From contig CAVRUC010000004.1 in NCBI GenBank assembly GCA_963724295.1, positions 288,001-352,000 of the forward strand: a DNA stretch of 64,000 nucleotides, given 5' to 3'. The stretch's first letter is position 1. Every line of letters begins with the position of its first letter. The translations under genes and the position numbers were made by a program. Below are positions 33,331 through 42,408 of the stretch, in pieces. The notes beneath the pieces were generated by a model. The model was not told the origin of the DNA and searched no databases. It saw nothing but the letters and a program-made list of their open reading frames with translations. The stretch is from an uncultured Chloroflexia bacterium. Its GTDB lineage: Bacteria > Chloroflexota > Chloroflexia > Thermomicrobiales > UBA6265.

Positions 33331-33420
33331 TGTCATCCCGAGCGCACGAGGGATCTCGTCGGTTTTTTTCATCGTGGTCCGGTGACGACGAAATTCCTCG
33401 CCTGCGGGCTCGGAATGACA
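33331..33420. repeat. REP-like extragenic palindromic element
   Basis: Outer arms TGTCATCCCGAGC / GCTCGGAATGACA and inner CGAGGGATCTCGTCG / CGACGAAATTCCTCG. Confidence 0.75.
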
Positions 33421-33470
33421 CATCTTCTCTGATGCTTAGCCGCGGACTGGGTCACACGACGTAAAATAGG

Positions 33471-36092
33471 TTGGTGACAAGCACGAGCGAAACCACCACA
33501 GGCCAAGAGATCGAAACCGGCAACGGTCGTCTGACCGGCATGCCTCCCGCGATCGAGCCAGTCTCGACACGCGCTCCCCTGACTGAGCTCGAGCAAGAAG
33601 GCCTCGATTATCGCCGGCGGTACCAGGGGCTGATCGGCATCGGGTCGAAGGTTCCCATTCGAGATCGGGCCATCCTCTCCCTCGTCTACACCCCCGGTGT
33701 CGCGGAAGCCTGTCTCGCCATCAACGAGGATCCCCTGGCGTCGTTCGATCTCACCTGTCGCGGCAACACCGTCGCCATCCTTACCGACGGCTCGGATATC
33801 TTCGGCCGCGAATCTGGCCCACCAGAAGCCGCCATCCCCCTCGAAGAAGCCAAGAGCGTCATCTTCAAGACCTTCGCCGGGGTCGATGCCTTCCCGCTCT
33901 CCCTGGCCACCTCGGACCCGGACCGGATCGTAGAGACCGGTCTCGCGCTCTCCTCGACGTTCGGCGCCATCTGCCTCGACGACATCTCCGCGCCGCGTGC
34001 GTTCACCATCGCCGATAACCTGGAGAACGGCGCGGACATCCCGGTCTTCTCCAACCAACATCACGGCACGGCAATCCTCGTCCTCGGGGGTCTCATCAAC
34101 GCCTTGCAGGTCGTCGGCAAGGAGCTCGAGGACGTCAAGGTCGTCATCTCCGGCGCCGGCGTCGCCGGGATCGGCGTTGCTCGCCTTCTCACCCGAGCCG
34201 GAGTGCGTGATCTGGTCGTCTGCGACCGCGCGGGCGCGCTTTACAAATACCGGCCCGAGCGCATGAACTGGGCAAAGGCCTATCTCACCAAGGAGACAAA
34301 TCTCGCTGGCCGCCGCGGCAGCCTGACGGAGATGCTCGCGGGCGCGGACGTCTTCATTGGTCTGTCGACGGGCGGCATCGTCAGCGAGGAGATGGTCCGT
34401 TCCATGGCGCCGGACCCAATCGTCTTCGCTCTTGCCGTGCCGGAGCCGGAGATCTCGCCCGCCGCCGCTCGCGCCGCCGGCGCGAAGGTCGTCGCCACGG
34501 GACGCTCCGATTTTCCAAACACCATGGACGTTTCGCTCGTCTTCCCGGGAGTTTTTCGCGGGCTGCTCGACTCGCGCGCTCGCAACATCCGTCTGCGCAC
34601 GCTGCTCTATGCCGCTCAGGCGCTGGCCGACGTCATTCAGTCGGAGGAGCTCCACGCCGACTACATCGTGCCCCGCATCTTTGATTTCCGGGTCGCTCCG
34701 GCGGTGGCAGCGGCCGTGGTGCGCGCCGCGCTGGAGGCCGGCGAGGCGGGACGAGAGATCGCGCCGGAACTGGTCAGCGAGCGCACTCGCCGCTTCGTCT
34801 ACGAGGGACGCTTGCTCCCCCCGAAACCGTCCGCCCGCGGCGAGCACAAGACGTTCCGCGAGGAGGCGATCGACCTCCGGCTACGCCACGGCGGTGTCCT
34901 GGAGATTCGCTCCAAGATACCGATCCGCGATCACCACATCCTGAACATGCTCTACGTGCCGCCGGCGGCGCTCTCCCCGGCCCATGTCATCCGCGACAAC
35001 CCGGCCATGGTCGACGAGATCACCGCCAAGGGGAACCTGGTTGCTATCGTCACCGACGGCTCGGCGGTGCTCGGTCTCGGCGACATCGGCCCGCAGGCGG
35101 CCCTACCGGTGATGGAAGGCAAAGCGGTTCTGCTGCAAACCCTGGCCGGGGTCGAGGCCTTCCCGATCTGCCTCGCCGCGCGCGACGTCGATGAGATCGT
35201 CGGCATCGTCCAGAACATCGCTCCGAATTTCGGCGGCATCAACCTCGAAGATATCAGCGCCCCCCGCTGCTTCGAGATCGAGCGCAAGCTGCGTGAGACC
35301 CTCGACATGCCCGTCTTCCACGACGACCAGCATGGCACCGCCATCGTCGTCGCCGCCGCATTGATCAACGGCTGCAAGATCCGCGGCTGCCGCATGGAAG
35401 AACTGCGGGTGACGATCAATGGCGCCGGCGCCGCCGGTATAGCCGTGACCAAACTGCTACTCGGTCTCGGTATCGGCGACGTCGTCCTCTGTGACCGGCA
35501 GGGGGCCATCTTCGAAGGTCGCCCGCAGCACATGGACTTCTCGAAGGAGGAGATCGCGCGCCTGACCAACAAGGATCGCCGCACCGGCTCGCTCGGCGAC
35601 GTCATCACCGGCTCCGATGTCTTCATCGGTCTTTCGGCCGGTGGCGTGCTGACCCCGCAGATGGTCCGCGCGATGGCGCCGAACCCGCTCGTCTTCGCGC
35701 TGGCCAACCCGGTGCCCGAGATCACGCCCGATCTGGCGCGCGAAGCTGGGGCGCTGGCGGTGGCCACCGGCCGCTCCGACTACCCGAACCAGGTCAACAA
35801 CTCGCTGGCGTTTCCCGGTGTCTTCCGTGGCGCGCTCGACGTCAAAGCACGCAGCATCGACGACGCGATGAAGATCGCCGCCGCGCGCGCGATCGCCGAG
35901 TTGGTCGATGCCTCCGAGCTTTCGCCCGATTTCCTGATTCCTGACAGTCTCGATCTCCGCGTCGCGCCCCGCGTCGCCGCGGCGGTTGCCGAAGCGGCGA
36001 TCAGTGGCGGCCTCGCGCACACCCCCCTCGACCCGCGCGAGGTCGAGATGCGCTGCCGCGATCTCGTCTACGAGGGAACGGTCGGGCTGTAG
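33471..36092 (+). CDS. Tandem (two-domain) NAD(P)-dependent malic enzyme
   Basis: 873 aa containing two complete small-malic-enzyme units; the second has TDGSAVLGLG, MEGKA, INLEDI, FHDDQHGT, GAGAAG and NQVNN. Confidence 0.92.
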   Translation: MVTSTSETTTGQEIETGNGRLTGMPPAIEPVSTRAPLTELEQEGLDYRRRYQGLIGIGSKVPIRDRAILSLVYTPGVAEACLAINEDPLASFDLTCRGNTVAILTDGSDIFGRESGPPEAAIPLEEAKSVIFKTFAGVDAFPLSLATSDPDRIVETGLALSSTFGAICLDDISAPRAFTIADNLENGADIPVFSNQHHGTAILVLGGLINALQVVGKELEDVKVVISGAGVAGIGVARLLTRAGVRDLVVCDRAGALYKYRPERMNWAKAYLTKETNLAGRRGSLTEMLAGADVFIGLSTGGIVSEEMVRSMAPDPIVFALAVPEPEISPAAARAAGAKVVATGRSDFPNTMDVSLVFPGVFRGLLDSRARNIRLRTLLYAAQALADVIQSEELHADYIVPRIFDFRVAPAVAAAVVRAALEAGEAGREIAPELVSERTRRFVYEGRLLPPKPSARGEHKTFREEAIDLRLRHGGVLEIRSKIPIRDHHILNMLYVPPAALSPAHVIRDNPAMVDEITAKGNLVAIVTDGSAVLGLGDIGPQAALPVMEGKAVLLQTLAGVEAFPICLAARDVDEIVGIVQNIAPNFGGINLEDISAPRCFEIERKLRETLDMPVFHDDQHGTAIVVAAALINGCKIRGCRMEELRVTINGAGAAGIAVTKLLLGLGIGDVVLCDRQGAIFEGRPQHMDFSKEEIARLTNKDRRTGSLGDVITGSDVFIGLSAGGVLTPQMVRAMAPNPLVFALANPVPEITPDLAREAGALAVATGRSDYPNQVNNSLAFPGVFRGALDVKARSIDDAMKIAAARAIAELVDASELSPDFLIPDSLDLRVAPRVAAAVAEAAISGGLAHTPLDPREVEMRCRDLVYEGTVGL

Positions 36093-36137
36093 ACTTGCCT
36101 CGAATGGTCGAGTGGCCCGAACCCGACGAGGTCGAAC

Positions 36138-36428
36138 ATGACCACCAAGATCATCCCAATCAAGGATGGATCGATCACGATTCCCGACGACCTGCGCGAG
36201 CGCTACGGAATCGAGGACGGTTCGCTGCTGCTGATCGAAGCCGGAGCCGAAGGCATTATGCTGCGCCCAGCTGGCTGGCCTGAGCCCGAGGTCTACACAC
36301 CGGAGCGGATCGCCGAGTTCCTCCTCAACAACGCAGTCGACGACGACGACTACCGAGAGGCGATCGAGGAAGTCAAGAAGTTGGGCATCGATCCGGCCAG
36401 CATCCCGCACAGTCACCCTTCACCTTAG
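36138..36428 (+). CDS. AbrB/MazE/SpoVT-family antitoxin
   Basis: KDGSITIPDDLRERYGI..G..L swapped-hairpin signature directly upstream of a PIN gene. Confidence 0.85.
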   Translation: MTTKIIPIKDGSITIPDDLRERYGIEDGSLLLIEAGAEGIMLRPAGWPEPEVYTPERIAEFLLNNAVDDDDYREAIEEVKKLGIDPASIPHSHPSP

Positions 36429-36438
36429 CCCTGGGCCC

Positions 36439-36852
36439 GTGCCCGATCGTATCTTCCTCGACGCCAATGTCATCTTCTCCGCCGCATACCGCCGAACGAC
36501 CGAACTTCGCCGGTTGTGGGCTTTGCCGGACCTCACGCTGCTGACCTCTTTGTACACAATCAGCGAAGCGGAACGTAACCTGCACCCAACTCGACACGCC
36601 GATCTCCAGTTCCTGCTCCAAGCGATCACTCTTGTCCCCACGCCGTCAACGGGAGATCGTCCGCTTCCGTCGACGCTGGTCTTACCCGCCAAGGATGCTC
36701 CCATCTTCCAAGCCGCCGCAGCCGCGGAAGCAACCCACCTATTGACCGGCGACAGACGGCACTTCGACGCCTACTATGGCCAGCAGTTCGAAGGAGTACT
36801 GATCCTTACCCCTGGCACCTACATTCGATCTCGCATTCCTGGCGATCCGTAG
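36439..36852 (+). CDS. PIN-domain (VapC-like) toxin
   Basis: IFLDANVIFS, EAERN, KDAPI and LLTGDRRHF acidic PIN motifs. Confidence 0.88.
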   Translation: MPDRIFLDANVIFSAAYRRTTELRRLWALPDLTLLTSLYTISEAERNLHPTRHADLQFLLQAITLVPTPSTGDRPLPSTLVLPAKDAPIFQAAAAAEATHLLTGDRRHFDAYYGQQFEGVLILTPGTYIRSRIPGDP

Positions 36853-36891
36853 GTATAGGACCACGACCATCATGCGCTCCGGAAACCTCCA

Positions 36892-37416
36892 ATGACCGAC
36901 CGCATTGAGATCGTGCAAGCAGACATCAGCACGCTTCCGGTCGATGCCATCGTCAATGCGGCGAACAGCTCACTCCTGGGCGGCGGTGGGGTCGATGGTG
37001 CGATCCATCGCGCCGCCGGACCTCGCCTCCTGGAAGCCACCCGCAAGATCGGCGGCTGCCCGACCGGCCAGGCACGGCTCACGCCCGGGTTCGATCTGCC
37101 CGCGAAGTGGGTCATCCACACGGTCGGTCCGGTCTGGCAGGGTGGGCACGCCGGAGAAGACAAACTCCTCGCTTCCTGCTATCGAGAGAGTCTCAAGCTG
37201 GCCGCATCGGTTGGAGCAACGACGGTCGCGTTCCCCGCCATCTCGACCGGCGCTTATGGCTTTCCGCTGGAGCGCGCGGCCCGGATCGCCGTCGCGGAGA
37301 TCGAGAAGAACCTCAATCGTCATCCAGAGATCGAACGAGTACTCATTGCCGTCCGCGGCGACGAGGCCATGCGGATCCACCGGGACGCGCTTGGCAGGCG
37401 CCTCAGCAGTACCTAA
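36892..37416 (+). CDS. ymdB: Macrodomain O-acetyl-ADP-ribose deacetylase (YmdB-like)
   Basis: [29 protein letters not shown] and [12 protein letters not shown]. Confidence 0.93.
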   Translation: MTDRIEIVQADISTLPVDAIVNAANSSLLGGGGVDGAIHRAAGPRLLEATRKIGGCPTGQARLTPGFDLPAKWVIHTVGPVWQGGHAGEDKLLASCYRESLKLAASVGATTVAFPAISTGAYGFPLERAARIAVAEIEKNLNRHPEIERVLIAVRGDEAMRIHRDALGRRLSST

Positions 37417-37635
37417 CACCGCAACCCCCAGCGGCGTCATCCCGATGATGCGATCCGTCATCCAGGGTGTCCCTGGAGGGAGGACGAGGTCTTGCAACCC
37501 CGTCCTCCCTGAAGGAAGGGAACCCGCGCCGGTACTGACGACGCGGAGCGTCAGGGTGACCGCGCCGTCAGTACCGGCGCGGTCGAATCTGAGGTCGCGC
37601 CCGAAATAGAGGCGCGCCCGGAAGTAAGCGATCGT

Positions 37636-37782
37636 TCACGACGGACCGGCACACCCGGTCGGGCACGGCCACGCTGGATTCTGACGGCCACTCGTCCGGC
37701 GCGTCGTGCGTGCTCCAGCCTCTCCAAGATCGAGTGCGATGAGGATGATCAGCGCGGCGATGAGCAGGAAGATCGTGTCCAT
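37636..37782 (-). CDS. Small (48 aa) single-TM protein, below the ORF track cutoff
   Basis: TGAGGAG RBS, then MDTIFLLIAALIILIALDLGEAGARTTRRTSGRQNPAWPCPTGCAGPS*. Confidence 0.5.
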   Translation of the reverse strand: MDTIFLLIAALIILIALDLGEAGARTTRRTSGRQNPAWPCPTGCAGPS

Positions 37783-37883
37783 TGGTATCTCCTCAATGAA
37801 TCATCTTCTCTTCTACTCATAGTCGAATGAGCGTGGTTCAAATCGACAATCGGTGACCGAGAGTACGCGGTCTGGAATCGCCG

Positions 37884-38477
37884 CTATTTCCGCTCGTCGA
37901 CGGCGAAGATGGCACTGAGAACGGGGCTGGTGAACTCCGTGGACAGGATGTCCATGTAAATCTCGTCCCAGAATCGGCCGTTGTACCAGCGACTCTCGCG
38001 GCGGCGTCCCACCTCGCGGAAACCGACCTTTTCGTAGCACCGGAGGCCGGCGCCGTTGTACTCGAAGACCATCAACATCACGCTGTGCAGTCCGAGGGCT
38101 GTGAAGGCGAAGTCGAGGAGGAGGCGCATTGCCTCTGTGCCATAGCCGCGACCCCGCGCCTCCGGTTCGCCGATCATGATGCCGACCAGCGTGCGCCGGT
38201 TGGGCAGGTCCACCTCGTGCAGCCCACAGTTGCCAATCGCGCGGCCCGTCGCTCGCTCATAGATCGTGAACCCGACCCGGGCATCGTCGACCGCGGCCCG
38301 CTCGTACCAGGCAGTCTCTTCCTCGAGGGTCATCGGCCGCGGCGGCACGCCGAGCGTCCGCGTCGTGCCGAAATCGTTGATCCAGCGGAGATAGAGCGGG
38401 ATGTGCTCGCGTCGCAGCGGACCCAGGGCCACCAGGTCGCCCTCGATGTTGAGGATCGGCGTGTCCCGATCTGTCAT
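37884..38477 (-). CDS. GNAT family N-acetyltransferase (RimJ/RimL type)
   Basis: GIMIGEPEARGRGYGTEA and N..GLRCYEKVGF. Confidence 0.92.
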   Translation of the reverse strand: MTDRDTPILNIEGDLVALGPLRREHIPLYLRWINDFGTTRTLGVPPRPMTLEEETAWYERAAVDDARVGFTIYERATGRAIGNCGLHEVDLPNRRTLVGIMIGEPEARGRGYGTEAMRLLLDFAFTALGLHSVMLMVFEYNGAGLRCYEKVGFREVGRRRESRWYNGRFWDEIYMDILSTEFTSPVLSAIFAVDERK

Positions 38478-38965
38478 CGGCCACCTTCCCGCTCCCGCCG
38501 AATCTCCACCAGCCGTTCGATCATGCTGTCTTCGTCGAGGTAGACCCCGAGCGAGCGCTGCAATCCGCCGATGACAAGGGCGTTGATGTGCAGCGTCTGG
38601 TTCTCTACCCCATGCCGCTCCGGGTGAGGCGGGGTGCGCAGCCGGATGTCGGTCGCCAGACCGATGACACCGTAGTAGCGCCCGGGATCGACGCGACGCG
38701 AGAGACAGTTCATGTAGCCGGCCTCCCAGTTGGTCCCGGAGTCTTCGCTCGCCTGGCAGATGAGGACATTGCAGCTTTCCACGGCCTCGATGTCGACGTC
38801 ATAGATCAGCCGCGGCGTGATATCGGTGCGGGTCTTGTCGCTGCTCGGCTCGCTCTCGTTGGGGCAGAAGACCGCGAACCCGTGATCGCGCAGCTTCGCC
38901 GCCAGCCGCAGATTGTGGGCTTCCTCGGCGGCGGTGAACATCGGACCCGCCAGATAAAGCTTCAA
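38474..38965 (-). CDS. Nucleoside 2-deoxyribosyltransferase family protein
   Basis: KLYLAGPMF, IYDVDIEAV and DSGTNWEAGY; TTG start overlaps the ndh stop. Confidence 0.85.
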   Translation of the reverse strand: MKLYLAGPMFTAAEEAHNLRLAAKLRDHGFAVFCPNESEPSSDKTRTDITPRLIYDVDIEAVESCNVLICQASEDSGTNWEAGYMNCLSRRVDPGRYYGVIGLATDIRLRTPPHPERHGVENQTLHINALVIGGLQRSLGVYLDEDSMIERLVEIRREREGGR

Positions 38966-40263
38966 CGCGTCGCTCCCGTGATGAGCCGCGCCCCGCGCTG
39001 GAAGGTGAGATAGTCCCAGAGCCACTGCAGCGCCACCAGGACGCGGTTGCGGAACCCGATCAGATTGAGGATGTGCACGACCGCCCAGGCGAGCCAGGCC
39101 ACAAACCCCGTCAGGCGCAGACCGCGAATGTCGGCCACCGCCGAATTGCGACCGATAGTCGCCATGTTGCCGAGGTCACGGTAGCGGAACGGGCGTGCCG
39201 GCTTCCCCTCGATCGCGCGCTCGATATTCGCCGCCGCCCAAGCTCCCTGTTGCATCGCCACCTGCGCTACACCCGGAAACGGCCGGCCCCGCGAGTTCTC
39301 GAGCGAGGCCATGTCGCCGATGACGAAGATCTCGGGGTGGCCAGGGACAGAGAGGTCCGGGTTGACAAGCACCCGCCCCGCGCGGTCGAGCTCCACACCG
39401 AGCGAGCGTGCCAGTGGCGAAGCCTGTACCCCCGCCGCCCAGACGATCGTCTTGGCGGGGATGGACTCGTCGCCGATGGTCACCGCGTCCGTAGCGATGG
39501 CGGTCACCGGCTTACCGAATCGCACCTCCACCCCGAGTCGCTCCAGGCCCCGCAGTGCGTGCCGGGATAGCCGGTCAGGAAACGCTCCCAGGAGCTGAGT
39601 GCCAGCCTCGATCAGGATCACCTTCGCGTCTCGGGTGTCGATGTGGCGAAAGTCTCGCGCCAGCGAGAAGCGGGCGATCTCGGCGATCGCGCCGGCCATC
39701 TCGACCCCGGTCGGTCCGCCGCCGACGACGATGAATGTCATCAGCGCTTTGCGCCGCGCCGGATCTGGTTCGCGCTCCGCCTCTTCGAACGACGTCAGAA
39801 TGCGGCGGCGGATATTGAGCGCGTCCTCCAGTGTCTTCAAACCGGGTGCGTTGGAGGCCCATTCGTCGTGGCCGAAGTACGCGTGGTTCGCCCCGGCAGC
39901 GAGGATCAGGTAGTCGTACGGGAGTCGTCCCGCATCCTCATCGAGGACAACCTCCTTTGCCGCCACATCGATGGCATCGACCCCCGCCAGAATCACCTCC
40001 ACGTTCGATTGGCCGCGCAGCACCGATCGGATTGGCTGCGCGATGTCCGCCGGCGAAAGCGCGGCCGTCGCCACCTGGTAGAGCAAGGGCTGAAACAGGT
40101 GGTGATTGCGCCGGTCGACGAGCGTCACCCGCACGGGCGCGTCGGCGAGTGCCTTGGCGGCCCGCAAGCCCCCGAACCCACCGCCCACGATGACGACACG
40201 AGCGCGGGTGTCAGGATCGGTAAGCACCGGCTGCCGCTTACGCCGGAACGGGAATGGAATCAT
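38962..40263 (-). CDS. ndh: Type II NADH dehydrogenase
   Basis: GGGFGG, HLFQPLLYQVAT, GGGPTGVEMAG, WAAGV and AQVAMQQG. Confidence 0.93.
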   Translation of the reverse strand: MIPFPFRRKRQPVLTDPDTRARVVIVGGGFGGLRAAKALADAPVRVTLVDRRNHHLFQPLLYQVATAALSPADIAQPIRSVLRGQSNVEVILAGVDAIDVAAKEVVLDEDAGRLPYDYLILAAGANHAYFGHDEWASNAPGLKTLEDALNIRRRILTSFEEAEREPDPARRKALMTFIVVGGGPTGVEMAGAIAEIARFSLARDFRHIDTRDAKVILIEAGTQLLGAFPDRLSRHALRGLERLGVEVRFGKPVTAIATDAVTIGDESIPAKTIVWAAGVQASPLARSLGVELDRAGRVLVNPDLSVPGHPEIFVIGDMASLENSRGRPFPGVAQVAMQQGAWAAANIERAIEGKPARPFRYRDLGNMATIGRNSAVADIRGLRLTGFVAWLAWAVVHILNLIGFRNRVLVALQWLWDYLTFQRGARLITGATR

Positions 40264-40295
40264 GGGGATTGCCCTCGAACGAATGCCCAGCGCGA

Positions 40296-41849
40296 TCAGT
40301 GGCGGAAGTGGCGCGTCCCGGTGAAGACCATCGCCACACCGGCGTGATCGGCGGCGGCGATTACCGCCTCGTCGCGCACCGACCCTCCGGGCTGAATGGC
40401 GGCGGTCACTCCGGCAGCGATCGCAGCTTCCAGGCCATCCGGAAACGGAAAGAAGGCGTCGCTGGCGAGCACCGAGCCGGCAGCCCGCTCGCCCGCCTTG
40501 TCAACCGCGATGCGGACGCTTTCCAGCCGGTTCGGCTGGCCACTGCCCACTCCAGTCAGAGCCCGGTCCCGCGCCAGCACGATGGCATTCGATTTGACGT
40601 GCCGCACGGCGTGCCAGGCAAAGCCAAGATCTTCCAGCTCCTGGGCACTCGGCTCGCGGTTGGTGACGACCCGCCAGGACGACTGGTCAGCCGGGTCGCG
40701 GTCGGCTGATTGCGCGAGCAGCCCGCCGGCGATCGGTCGCACATCCCAGCTCGAATCGGCGCCGTTTGCCGCCGGTGCCGAGGGCGTCGGCAAAGGCATG
40801 CCCAACAGGCGCAGAGACTTCCGCTTCCCCAGTATCTCCAGCGTCTCGTCGTCGAATCCCGGCGCGACGACAACCTCGAAGTAGATCTCTGCCATACGCC
40901 GGGCCGTCTCGCCGTCCACCGGACGATTGAGCGCGACGATACCGCCGAACGCCGAAACCGGGTCCCCGCGCAACGCCTCGTCGAACGCTGACGCCAGGTC
41001 GCTCCGCTCCGAGAGCCCACAGGGAATGGTGTGCTTGACAATGGCCACGGCCGCCTGGGCAAAACCCTGCACCGCGTTCCAGGCGGCGTCGGCGTCCAGG
41101 AGGTTGTTGAACGACAGCTCCTTGCCCGCCAGTTGTTCAGCCTCCAGTACCCCTTGCTCGGGCTCGCCGGCGCGCATTCGCCGGTAGGCGGCGGCTCGCT
41201 GTTGTGGGTTCTCACCGTAGCGCAGGGTCCGCGCCAGCCGGCCCGCGAAGGCGACCTCTTGCGGCCACTCCCGGGGATCGCGCAAGTACTCCGCCACCAC
41301 CGCGTCGTAGGCCGCCGTGTGGGCAAACGCCTTCGCCGCCAGGGCTCGTCTTCGCGTCTCCGAGAGCGTCCCGTCCCGCAGCTCGTCCAGCGCCGCGGTG
41401 TAGTCCGCCGGGTCGGTCAGGACGACCACCCCCGGAAAATTCTTGGCCGCGGCACGGATCATGGCCGGGCCGCCGATATCGATCTGCTCCAGCGCGTCCG
41501 CGAGGGTGACGTTTTGACGGGCAACTGTTGCAGCGAACGGGTAGAGATTGGCCGCCACGACGTCGATCGGCGAGATCAGGTGCGCTGCGAGCGCGCTCAT
41601 GTGCGCAGGGTTATCCCGGCGGGCCAGCAACCCGCCGTGGATGCGCGGGTGGAGCGTCTTGACCCGGCCGTCGAGGATCTCCGGGAAGGCGGTGACATCG
41701 CTGACCGCGGTCACCGGCAGACCGGCGGCTTCGAGCGAGGTCAGCGTGCCACCGGTGGAGACGACCTCATAGCCGAGGTCGACTAGCCCTCGTCCCAGCG
41801 CGGCGATCCCCGTCTTGTCAAAGACGCTCAGCAGCGCCCGCATCGGCAA
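40296..41849 (-). CDS. purH: Bifunctional AICAR formyltransferase/IMP cyclohydrolase
   Basis: ALLSVFDK, GRVKTLHP, IDIGGP, RYGENP, VKSNAI, SDAFFPF and RHFRH. Confidence 0.98.
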   Translation of the reverse strand: MPMRALLSVFDKTGIAALGRGLVDLGYEVVSTGGTLTSLEAAGLPVTAVSDVTAFPEILDGRVKTLHPRIHGGLLARRDNPAHMSALAAHLISPIDVVAANLYPFAATVARQNVTLADALEQIDIGGPAMIRAAAKNFPGVVVLTDPADYTAALDELRDGTLSETRRRALAAKAFAHTAAYDAVVAEYLRDPREWPQEVAFAGRLARTLRYGENPQQRAAAYRRMRAGEPEQGVLEAEQLAGKELSFNNLLDADAAWNAVQGFAQAAVAIVKHTIPCGLSERSDLASAFDEALRGDPVSAFGGIVALNRPVDGETARRMAEIYFEVVVAPGFDDETLEILGKRKSLRLLGMPLPTPSAPAANGADSSWDVRPIAGGLLAQSADRDPADQSSWRVVTNREPSAQELEDLGFAWHAVRHVKSNAIVLARDRALTGVGSGQPNRLESVRIAVDKAGERAAGSVLASDAFFPFPDGLEAAIAAGVTAAIQPGGSVRDEAVIAAADHAGVAMVFTGTRHFRH

Positions 41850-41963
41850 CTCCGTGGGCCATCGGCTATCGGCGAATGGCTAAAGGCTATTGGGGCGATC
41901 ATAGCAGCGAGTTGTGGGCACACGGGATCGGATGCCTCTGCGACGACACGTATCACCGGAGTC

Positions 41964-42220
41964 TCAACCGATCGCGGCCGGCTCCCCGATCGCGACGGTG
42001 TCGAGGCTCCCCCTCGAGCCGCCTGCACACCCTGGAGGCGCTGGCCGGCGCAGACCAGGAGCGCACCAACTTGCTGCCGCAGCGACATGGACGCCGGGCG
42101 GGTGCCAGCTGCCGCTGGATGCGCAACCGCGACGAACTGCTGATGTTGGCCCTCGACGAGCATCTGCTGATAGCGGAACTCGGCGACGCGGCAATCGGCT
42201 TCTGACAGTCCTGGATACAT
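41964..42220 (-). CDS. Small hypothetical protein with a probable frameshift near 42010
   Basis: MYPGLSEADCRVAEFRYQQML..LRQQVGALLVCAGQRL after GAAGGG RBS; the main frame otherwise runs into purH, while the alternate frame stops at 41964. Confidence 0.5.
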
Positions 42221-42408
42221 GCTGTGCCCTTTCGTCTGTCCTCATTTCTCGGACCGCTGCCCGGTCATCCCGAGCACGACCGCATCATGCGCTTCGGCCA
42301 GAGCGGGAACATCGTGGAGTTTGCGGAGATGGATTACGGAATTTGGCGATCAGGGCAATGGCGAGGCGAGCTCCGTAATGTCCGCCGATTACGGAGAGCC
42401 GATCGCGC

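Noticed and set aside
33369..34847. Long antisense and alternate-frame ORFs (e.g. 33369-34847, 45674-46975, 51680-53143, 319-1497)
   Set aside because: They shadow well-supported genes and are expected in high-GC DNA; they have no motifs.
41850..41963. ZMP/ZTP riboswitch upstream of purH
   Set aside because: The conserved ZTP aptamer elements are not visible; only a TGCTATGAT extended -10 and short repeats are present.
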